DNA from: Methanothermobacter thermautotrophicus str. Delta H
Lineage (GTDB): Archaea; Methanobacteriota; Methanobacteria; Methanobacteriales; Methanothermobacteraceae
Assembly (NCBI RefSeq): GCF_000008645.1
Contig: NC_000916.1
Span: forward strand, 900,001-932,000
Direction of reading: 5' to 3'
Length of the DNA stretch: 32,000 nt
Numbering within the stretch: the first letter of the stretch is position 1; every line of letters starts with the position of its first letter. Position numbers and translations under genes: made by a program. Of this stretch, positions 1 through 7,404 are shown in pieces. Below the pieces are notes generated by a model. That model saw only the letters and a program-made list of their open reading frames with translations. It did no database searches and had not been told where the DNA came from.

Positions 1-983
1 CCGGTAAGGGCGCCACCAGAACCCAGGCAAGGGCCTCGGCCATGATGGAGGCCTTTGAGAGGTATTCAGCAGAAAGAAAGCCCGAAGATGAAACATTCAC
101 AGCTCACCCAGAGGACTGTGACGGCCTTGACCCTGAGTCACTGATACTTCCAGGGTCCACTGATCTGAAATCTGAACTGGAGTGGATTAATGCAGAGAAC
201 CTCACCGGTGATGAGGAGGTCCCGGTACCTGCAAATGCTGTTTTTCATCCATACAACCCTCCGGAAGGCTGCATGAGTCTGTTCCGATCAAACACCAATG
301 GACTTGCATCAGGGAATGCAAGGGAGGAGGCCATATTCCATGGGCTGATGGAGGTGATTGAAAGGGATGCCTGGAGCCTCTTCGAGGCTAGGAGGGGTCC
401 CAAAGTGGAGGTTGACTGCTCAGGGACGGATAATGATATAATATCAGGACTCCTTGAGAAGTTCCATGCCGCTGGTGTGGAGGTGACCCTGGTTGACCTT
501 ACAGCAGACACCGGGGTTGCGACGGTGGCTGCGGTTGCAGATGACACCGTCCTGAGGGATCCGGCCCTCCTCACCATGGGCGTCGGGACCCACCTTGACC
601 CTGAAATTGCGGTTATAAGGGCCCTCACAGAGGTCGCCCAGAGCAGGGCCACCCAGATACATGGAACCCGTGAGGACACCGTCAGGGCCGAGTTCATGAG
701 ACGTGCCGGGTATGAGCGTATGAAGAGACTCAACAGGCACTGGTTCAGTGAACCGGAGGACACGATTACCCTGGATGAGATGGAGGACCTCTCAACAAGG
801 TCATTCAGGGGAGACCTTGAGATAACCCTCAGGAAACTGCGTGAATCCGGTCTAGAGGATGTTTTCTATGTTGACCTCACCCGTGATGTGGGGGTCCCTG
901 TCGTCAGGGTCATAGTTCCGGGCCTTGAGGTCTTCTCTGTTGACCCGGAACGTGTGGGGCGTCGCATCAGGTCCTCCATCTGA
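1..983 (+). CDS. ycaO: YcaO-family ATP-dependent amide-activating enzyme (McrA thioglycine-forming type). It is 5' partial: the reading frame is open to the window edge.
   Basis: The frame is open from position 3 ([21 protein letters not shown]). It carries the YcaO core signature [30 protein letters not shown] and is immediately followed by tfuA. Confidence 0.85.
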   Translation, partial: GKGATRTQARASAMMEAFERYSAERKPEDETFTAHPEDCDGLDPESLILPGSTDLKSELEWINAENLTGDEEVPVPANAVFHPYNPPEGCMSLFRSNTNGLASGNAREEAIFHGLMEVIERDAWSLFEARRGPKVEVDCSGTDNDIISGLLEKFHAAGVEVTLVDLTADTGVATVAAVADDTVLRDPALLTMGVGTHLDPEIAVIRALTEVAQSRATQIHGTREDTVRAEFMRRAGYERMKRLNRHWFSEPEDTITLDEMEDLSTRSFRGDLEITLRKLRESGLEDVFYVDLTRDVGVPVVRVIVPGLEVFSVDPERVGRRIRSSI

Positions 984-1101
984 GGATTCTGTAAAGATCC
1001 GATTCTGTCAAGTGTTTCCAGATGCAGGAGCTCCTCCTTCTGATATCCGGACCAATTTATCATCTAAAAGATTAATTATCAGCGCCAAGATACCAACCAG
1101 T

Positions 1102-1353
1102 ATGCATGGTAAGAAAATAATCATCTTCACGGGACCATCCCTATCACACACTGAAGCCTCCAGTATCCTTGAAGCTGAGTACAGGCCACCGGTGAGAAGG
1201 GGTGACATTCAGGAGGCCATGAAGGAGAACCCGGACATAATAGGCATAATAGACGGTGTTTTCCACCAGAGCCCTGCTGTTGGTCACAGGGAGATCATTG
1301 ATGCCATCAGGAGGGGTGTGAAGGTGGTTGGAGGGGCCAGCATGGGGCCCTGA
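1102..1353 (+). CDS. tfuA: TfuA-like protein, N-terminal fragment. The frame ends at a TGA directly after a GGGG run.
   Basis: [19 protein letters not shown]...PPVRRGDI...[37 protein letters not shown] matches the TfuA pattern (GPSL, PP..GD, IDG.F, [10 protein letters not shown]). The ORF stops exactly where the conserved SMGALRA motif should continue. Confidence 0.75.
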   Translation: [83 protein letters not shown]

Positions 1354-1379
1354 GGGCCTCAGAGCTCAGTGAACTTGGA

Positions 1380-1751
1380 ATGGTGGGTGTTGGCCGCATC
1401 TTCAGATCATACCTTGATGGTGAAATCGAATCGGATGATGACGTTGCAGTGGCCTTCAACCCTGACACCCTTGAGCCCCTCTCTGACTCCCTTGTCAGCA
1501 TAGAATTCAACCTTAAAAGAGCCCTCATGAGGGGTGTGATAAGAGAGGATGATTTCAGGGAGCTTATGAATACCGCGAAGAACCTCTTCTACCCCCTCCG
1601 AAATTACAGGAGGATCCTCCATGAAAGCGGGATCCCTGATGATACCAAAGAATCCCTGCGTTCCTTCCTTGAATCAGAGGGGAGGGACCTTAAAAGGGAG
1701 GATGCGCTGGAGGTCATCCGTCATATAAAGAAACTTGCATCTACAGGATAG
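1380..1751 (+). CDS. tfuA: TfuA-like protein, C-terminal fragment. In this frame the homology already begins near 1344.
   Basis: Reading this frame from 1344 gives [36 protein letters not shown]. That is the conserved TfuA continuation, and it joins the upstream fragment after a 1-nt frame change. Confidence 0.75.
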   Translation: [123 protein letters not shown]

Positions 1752-1904
1752 GTTCCAGAAAGTAAGGGATAGAACTACACATAACAGAACCCAAATACGC
1801 AGAGATGAGACTGAACCAAACTAATAACAGAACCATGGACTGCTGCATTCAGACTACAGCGAAATGATGAACCTCACAGGACCTAGAATTATGGATGTGT
1901 TATC

Positions 1905-2921
1905 ATGGATCTTGAATCAAAGGTTGAAAGGGTTAAGACGGCCCTCAGGGGTGAGAGGATCGCCGTTGGATTCTCGGGTGGTGCTGACAGCACAGCCCTT
2001 CTTGATATGGCCGCTGATGTTGCTGATACTGTGGTCGCCTTCACCGTGGATACCGGTGTGATGCCCCGTGGCTTCATTGAGGGGGCTTCAGGCATAGCCC
2101 GGGAGATTGGCGTGGAACATGTTGTCCTGGAGATGAACCTCCTCGAGAATGTGGAATTTGCGAAAAATGCTGCTGACCGGTGCTTTGTGTGTAAGAACAT
2201 CATATACAGTTCCATAATCAGAGAAGCTCATAACCGGGGCCTTGATGTGGTTGCAGACGGCACCACAGCCAGTGACATGTTCGAGGACCGCCCGGGGGTC
2301 CTTGTGAACCACCTTCTTGGAATAAGAACACCCCTCCTGGACGCAGGGATGAAGAGAAGTGATGTGATTGAATACCTCAGGTCCAGGGGGCTTAACTATC
2401 TGGAGGAAACCACCTGCCTTGCAACCAGGATCAGGACAGGTGAAGAAATCACACCCGAGAGGATAAACAGGATCTCCTATGCTGAAAGCCTCATCAGGAG
2501 CGTGTACGGTGATGGGAAGATCCGTGTCCGCCACGAAGGAGAATCCGCCATAATAGAGGTTGATGAACCAGAACGGCTCCTTGAGACACCCATCATAAGG
2601 CACCTGGATGATGAACTGAGGGCCGTTGGATTCAGAAGGGTCCTTCTTGACCTTACAGGGAGAAAGACCCCTGACGAGGCCATGATCTACAGGCCCTGCC
2701 GCGATGCTGAATCAAGGATAATGTTCGAGGTTAAACTGCCCTACAGCATAGACATTGCCAGGACCTGCAGGGAACTCATGGATAGGGGGCCCAGGTGTTC
2801 AGAGAAGATGGGGGTCATCATGCTGGAGGCCGGTGATGGGAATGTCACCATCTTCAGGAACGGGAAGATCGTTGCAAGGAGGGTCAGAGACCAGGAGGAA
2901 GGCAGAGGATGTCATCCTTGA
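1905..2921 (+). CDS. LarE-family PP-loop ATP-dependent sulfurtransferase (COG1606-like) with three Cys placed as in Fe-S-type LarE proteins, plus an extra C-terminal domain of about 85 aa.
   Basis: PP-loop motif VGFSGGADST. CxxC (DRCFVCKNIIYS) plus a third Cys (EETTCLATRIRTGEEIT) sit at the position of the LarE active-site Cys. The tail IRVRHEGESAIIEVDEPERL...LRAVGFRRVLLDLTG is colinear with Lactobacillus LarE as I recall it. Confidence 0.8.
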   Translation: MDLESKVERVKTALRGERIAVGFSGGADSTALLDMAADVADTVVAFTVDTGVMPRGFIEGASGIAREIGVEHVVLEMNLLENVEFAKNAADRCFVCKNIIYSSIIREAHNRGLDVVADGTTASDMFEDRPGVLVNHLLGIRTPLLDAGMKRSDVIEYLRSRGLNYLEETTCLATRIRTGEEITPERINRISYAESLIRSVYGDGKIRVRHEGESAIIEVDEPERLLETPIIRHLDDELRAVGFRRVLLDLTGRKTPDEAMIYRPCRDAESRIMFEVKLPYSIDIARTCRELMDRGPRCSEKMGVIMLEAGDGNVTIFRNGKIVARRVRDQEEGRGCHP

Positions 2922-3003
2922 GGTGATCCCCCACATAATGAGGGAGCCTGTCAGTTAATGGGCCATTGAAAGGATTGCGGAAGAGCTGGAGGCTCCGGTT
3001 GAA

Positions 3004-3429
3004 CTAGAGGACCCTCCTAACATTCTCATCCAACCTTCTCCTGAAGGATGTCATCCTCCTCAGGAGGCCCCTTGAGTCAGGTCCCCTCAGAACTAGGTCC
3101 TCCTCAATACTGAACCGGATGCCGTCGGCGCTTATCTCATTGAAGACTAACTCAACCTCATTTGAGTCGTCCGGGATGTCATTGGTCCTCACATTGTAGT
3201 CAACAAGTAGTTCATCATGTTCAAGGACATCTGAAATAGCGGACTTGAGCGTCATCTCCAGCACATCCAGAAAGGTTTCTATGACCGGGAGGTCGTTCCA
3301 CCAGCAGTACCCGAGGAGCATCTTGAGCTGTATATCCTTTATTGAGACCTCTCCATGGTTCTTAACTGCAACTGTGAGAACCCCCCTGGAGGTTCTCAGC
3401 GTTATCCTCTGGTCAGTCATTTCCATCAA
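3004..3429 (-). CDS. Hypothetical protein, 141 aa, no family recognised.
   Basis: The ORF overlaps the stop of the upstream CBS gene by 17 nt (TTG/ATG start cluster at 3429-3420), which suggests translational coupling. Its codon usage resembles its neighbours. I see no recognisable motif. Confidence 0.55.
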   Translation of the reverse strand: MMEMTDQRITLRTSRGVLTVAVKNHGEVSIKDIQLKMLLGYCWWNDLPVIETFLDVLEMTLKSAISDVLEHDELLVDYNVRTNDIPDDSNEVELVFNEISADGIRFSIEEDLVLRGPDSRGLLRRMTSFRRRLDENVRRVL

Positions 3430-4267
3430 TAAGAGCGTTTATAAGGTCATTGGCCCTTGCAAGCCCGACGAGGTCTCCTTCATAGTCTATGATGGGTATC
3501 TGCTCAATTTTCCTCCTCTTCATCTTCTGTGCGCAGGAGGTTACGGTTGTTGAGGTGGTTGCCGTCACGATATCTGTGGTGGCGACGTCCCTGGCCTCCT
3601 TGTCAGGGAATTTCAGCTGATTCTTTATGACGTAGAGGACGTTCTTGCTGTCCCATGACCACCTGTCACCCTCTGTACCGACTGAGGTGTTGTGGACTGT
3701 GCTCTCTGAGACCACCTCACTCTCATTTATGAAGTCTGTCTCTGTGAGGACACCTGATAGTTTTCCTCTGTTGTTGAGGGTGAGGAGCACCTTTAACCTG
3801 AAGTACCGCATTATCTCAAAGGCCACGTTGAGTGGTGTCCTGTCCCAGGTGGTGGGGATGTTGCGTGTCATGTAATTTTCAACAGGTTCCTGGATGTCCA
3901 TCTCAGCGATGGCCCCTGCAACAAGGTCATAGCTTGTCACTATGCCCACAAGCCTGTCCCCATCCACAACAGGGACCCTGCGGATGTTGTTCTCAAGCAT
4001 CCGCTCTGCAGCCACCCTGACGTCATCATCAGGGGATACCGTGACAGGGTTTCTTGTCATAATGAGGACTATCTGCTCCTCATCAGGGTTTTCAACAAGA
4101 TCAGATCTTGTTATTATGCCTACGAGTTCCTCCGTTCCCTTCTTAACCACAGGAAGCCCTGAAACATTCTTCTTTCTCATGAGTTCAAGGGCTGTTGCCC
4201 TGTTCCCTGGTACAGTAACGTAGTGTATGTTCTCTGACATTATCTCCTTTACAAGCATGACCAACAC
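3413..4267 (-). CDS. CBS-domain protein with four CBS repeats (two Bateman modules).
   Basis: There are repeated CBS patterns: [33 protein letters not shown]...[24 protein letters not shown]...[21 protein letters not shown], and two more copies. Confidence 0.85.
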   Translation of the reverse strand: MLVMLVKEIMSENIHYVTVPGNRATALELMRKKNVSGLPVVKKGTEELVGIITRSDLVENPDEEQIVLIMTRNPVTVSPDDDVRVAAERMLENNIRRVPVVDGDRLVGIVTSYDLVAGAIAEMDIQEPVENYMTRNIPTTWDRTPLNVAFEIMRYFRLKVLLTLNNRGKLSGVLTETDFINESEVVSESTVHNTSVGTEGDRWSWDSKNVLYVIKNQLKFPDKEARDVATTDIVTATTSTTVTSCAQKMKRRKIEQIPIIDYEGDLVGLARANDLINALIDGND

Positions 4268-4294
4268 CAGAAGTAATTCGTAAAAAAAGGTTTT

Positions 4295-4726
4295 TCAGTG
4301 AACCACGAGGACCGGGCAGCCTGCGGATCTTACAACCTTCTCGGCCACGCTTCCCAGAAGGAATCTGTCAAGACCGTGTTTGCCTGAGGTACCCATTACC
4401 ACGAGGTCCACGCCCTCCTTCTCCACTGTCCTGAGTATGGCCTCTGCAGGTGAACCCTCATCGGTCCTCACTGTTAACTTTATATCCGCCCCTGACTCCT
4501 CAACGAGCTTTTTAACAGCCTCCAGGGACCTTGAGGCCTCCTCCTCGAGCATCTCCCGCAATCTTATTATAAGGTCGTCGGCTGGTAGACCCACCAGTGA
4601 AGACGTCTCCATAACTGTTAAAGCAATTATTTCAGCTCCGCTTTCCCTGGCAATCCATATTGCATGTTCAGCAGCCTTATTGGCCTGTTTTGAGCCGTCG
4701 GTCGGGAGCAGGATTTTACTGTACAT
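4295..4726 (-). CDS. Universal stress protein (UspA family).
   Basis: KILLPTDGS...AEIIALTV...[35 protein letters not shown] is the classical Usp ATP-binding tail (G-x2-G-x9-GS...PVLVV). Confidence 0.9.
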   Translation of the reverse strand: MYSKILLPTDGSKQANKAAEHAIWIARESGAEIIALTVMETSSLVGLPADDLIIRLREMLEEEASRSLEAVKKLVEESGADIKLTVRTDEGSPAEAILRTVEKEGVDLVVMGTSGKHGLDRFLLGSVAEKVVRSAGCPVLVVH

Positions 4727-4730
4727 AGCC

Positions 4731-5885
4731 TCACCTCTTAACTAGTTTACCTTTTATTATTAAATATATTATATTTTTCGATTCGGTCCGGTTTATGATT
4801 GAGAGGTATGGATCACCTGAAAGCTTCTCCACGAGGATAAGGTCCGCAGGGAAGCCCTCCTCGATGACACCTGTGCCTGTGAAGGCTGATGTGTTGGATG
4901 TGGCCATCCTCAGCACCTCCACCGGTGGGAAGTATCTGCGTGCGCATCCCCTTGTGACCTTGAGTGTGTACTCCATCTCACGCAGCATATCAGGGGAGTT
5001 GAACATCAGGTTGTCTGTGCCAAGGAGAAGGTTGATGCCCAGCTCATGCATCCTCCTGATGGGGGGTATGCCGGATGAGAGCGCCCCGTTGGACCTGGGA
5101 CAGAGGACCACCGACGCACCACTCTCCCTCACAAGTTTAAGGTCCTCCCTGACAGGGTTTGTGAGGTGTACAAGGAGTTTGAATCCTGCGTTGAGGGCCC
5201 TTTCAACCTCACTCATGCCTGTATCCTCAAGGGACCTTCTCTGTGACTCCCTGTGCTCTGCAACGTGTATGGATGCTATCTTTCCTGCCCTTTCACATTC
5301 CTCAACGATTATGGATGCTGTTTCATCCGTTATCTCACCCATACCGCTGGGGGCGAATCCGTCTGAAACCCTCAGGACCCCCCTGACCCGCCGGCGGATC
5401 TCAGCCCGGGATGCCTCCTGATCAAAGACCACGGGATCCCTTCCAAGTATAATCCCTGAGATGGGGAGGTCACCGATGGCCTCCCTCAGGAGTTCAACCC
5501 CCTCAGGGCCGCCCTCCCTGTAGTCAATAAATGATCCGATCCCATGGGTGATCATGTCCCTGGCCGAGTTTCTCATGGCCTCCATGAGCATCCCTGGTGG
5601 TGACGATTCCAGTATCCTGTGTTTGAGGCCATTAGGGGGTCTCACTATATCCTCAAGTGGTCTTCCATCGCCCACATCAAGTGCAACTGAGTCGCCGATG
5701 TGAACATGTGAATTTACAAGTGCAGGGCATACCATTAGCTTTGAAGCGTCGATTCTCTCTCCTGATGGGGCCCGTTCATCTGTTATCTCCTTTATGATTC
5801 CATCCTCAATCACCAGGTTCTTCCTCTGGGGTGTGAGCTCGGGGCCCCTCAGGATGGTTCCATTTTCAACCACAAGCATATTCAT
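4731..5885 (-). CDS. Metal-dependent amidohydrolase, chlorohydrolase/aminohydrolase (TRZ/ATZ-like) superfamily. Substrate unknown.
   Basis: N-terminal beta-sandwich followed by the HxH metal motif ([13 protein letters not shown]). Later His/Asp motifs (SIHVAEH, LVHLT, GTDNLM) are typical of the amidohydrolase TIM barrel. Confidence 0.8.
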   Translation of the reverse strand: MNMLVVENGTILRGPELTPQRKNLVIEDGIIKEITDERAPSGERIDASKLMVCPALVNSHVHIGDSVALDVGDGRPLEDIVRPPNGLKHRILESSPPGMLMEAMRNSARDMITHGIGSFIDYREGGPEGVELLREAIGDLPISGIILGRDPVVFDQEASRAEIRRRVRGVLRVSDGFAPSGMGEITDETASIIVEECERAGKIASIHVAEHRESQRRSLEDTGMSEVERALNAGFKLLVHLTNPVREDLKLVRESGASVVLCPRSNGALSSGIPPIRRMHELGINLLLGTDNLMFNSPDMLREMEYTLKVTRGCARRYFPPVEVLRMATSNTSAFTGTGVIEEGFPADLILVEKLSGDPYLSIINRTESKNIIYLIIKGKLVKR

Positions 5886-6007
5886 TATATAGGTGCGGGA
5901 TCTTCTTTAATGCTTTCTGGATACTGTGGTGATTTTCCAGAAAAGAAGAGAAAAAATCGCACATAACTCCTCAGATTTTCCAGTTCAAAAAGGAAAGTGG
6001 GGTACTG

Positions 6008-7345
6008 CTAAAACTTCCTGAGATTGTTCAGCTCAGACTTCTCAGCGACCCTGTTGTAGTAGTCCACCTTAACCGTGCCCCTGTAGTACCTGTAGTATAC
6101 CTTGAGTCTGGTGCTTGCACCCGGGTTGAGGGTCCCGGTGTAAACCTGCTTGTAGTTCCTTGTTGAGTATCTGCCGTACCAGACCCTTGTGTAGAAGTTC
6201 CTGGCGGCGGCTGTACCCTGATTCCTGATGTATATGTACAGTGTGCTACCTGATTTTCTGGTCCCCGTAACCACCAGGTCCGGTTTCGGGTTTCCAGCTG
6301 TTACTGTCTTCTTCTTAACTGATATGAGGCCATTGGAGTCTTTCGCTGTCAGTGAAACCGTGTAGTATCCCTCACGGGCATAGGTGTGTGTAACATTAGA
6401 ACCGGTGGCGGTTGAACCATCGCCAAAGTTCCAGGTAAGGGTGAGGTTGTCACCATCAGGGTCATATGAGGTTGAAGTGAATGCAAATGTTCTGATTGAT
6501 GTTGAGCCACAGTAGGCGTAGGTGAAGTCAGCAACAGGTTTGCTTCCTGTGAAGGTGGGCCTGCTCTTTGTCCTGTACCATTCCTCTGCAGCCGCATCAT
6601 CGTAGGGTGTTGTCTGATTAACCCTGGGAAATGTTCCGTTCCAGTCCCCGACGAAGGCCGCGTATCCATGATCGTTGCGCCACACCTCTGTTCCATTGTA
6701 CAGGGTGCTCTGATTTATAACCTCATAGTTCTGCTGGTTGGCCTCATAGAAGTTCCTGGCGCCGCTGAGGAAGTCATAGATTATCTCGGCACCATCCCAT
6801 GCAGTTGCATAGTAGTTGGCCCCTGCCCCCGTGAACATCCTTGCAAAGCTGTAAACCGTTTCAACGGGGTTTTTAACCTCATACTCCTCAACCCAGCCGG
6901 TTGAGAAGCATGCGTGAAGTAGAATTGCGGGTATGCCATCCTTGAAGGGAGCATAGAATGTGGTGCCGTTCACCATCATCATGTCACCGGCACTCCATAT
7001 GTACCCATCCCTTGCAACAAGGCCGAATGGTGGTGTGGCGTTACCTCCACGACCATCATAGTGACCCGCCATGTAGCCACCGTGTCCGGCGTAGATCACT
7101 GCATCTGCCCCATACATACCCTTCAGTATGTTCTTGACGGTTGCATTGTTCCTGTAGAGCTCAAGAACATGGTAACCCCTGTTTTTGAGGGTCGTTGCAA
7201 CCTTCTTTGCCTCATCATACATGTCAGGGCTATCGGAGAGGCTATCTGCTACTATGAGTATGTGGGCCTCTGCCACTGGAAATGTGATGACTGATGCGAT
7301 GATGAGTGCTGTGAGCATAAATCCTGATACCCTCATCGTATTCAC
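6008..7345 (-). CDS. Secreted or cell-surface protein: N-terminal signal/anchor, clan-CD (caspase/gingipain-like) His-Cys domain, PKD domain and C-terminal CARDB domain.
   Basis: Hydrophobic N-terminus MRVSGFMLTALIIASVITFPVAEA. A strand-then-His (ADAVIYAGHGG) and a strand-then-Cys (IPAILLHACFS) are arranged as in clan CD peptidases. PKD signature DPDGDNLTLTWNFGDGSTATGSNVTHTYAREGYYTVSLTAKDSNG. CARDB-like PDLVVTG...IRNQGTAAA...VDYYNRVAEKSELNN. Nine N-x-S/T sequons. Confidence 0.8.
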   Translation of the reverse strand: MNTMRVSGFMLTALIIASVITFPVAEAHILIVADSLSDSPDMYDEAKKVATTLKNRGYHVLELYRNNATVKNILKGMYGADAVIYAGHGGYMAGHYDGRGGNATPPFGLVARDGYIWSAGDMMMVNGTTFYAPFKDGIPAILLHACFSTGWVEEYEVKNPVETVYSFARMFTGAGANYYATAWDGAEIIYDFLSGARNFYEANQQNYEVINQSTLYNGTEVWRNDHGYAAFVGDWNGTFPRVNQTTPYDDAAAEEWYRTKSRPTFTGSKPVADFTYAYCGSTSIRTFAFTSTSYDPDGDNLTLTWNFGDGSTATGSNVTHTYAREGYYTVSLTAKDSNGLISVKKKTVTAGNPKPDLVVTGTRKSGSTLYIYIRNQGTAAARNFYTRVWYGRYSTRNYKQVYTGTLNPGASTRLKVYYRYYRGTVKVDYYNRVAEKSELNNLRKF

Positions 7346-7404
7346 CGATCAGCTCTATGGCTTCACATAAACTTAAACATATGATGGTATCTTGGTGCTC
7401 AGAC

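Noticed and set aside
245-763. A 172-aa minus-strand ORF (and a 98-aa one at 444-740) antisense to ycaO.
   Set aside because: It lies entirely inside a strongly supported YcaO reading frame. The composition is Ser/Arg/Pro-rich and typical of shadow ORFs, and it has no motif or RBS.
5887-5893. A perfect TATATA directly abutting the amidohydrolase start codon.
   Set aside because: It is too close to the ATG to serve as its TATA box, since the transcription start would fall inside the gene. A weaker cattaaag element about 24 nt upstream (5905-5912) is a more plausible promoter, possibly for a leaderless mRNA. I could not decide from sequence alone.
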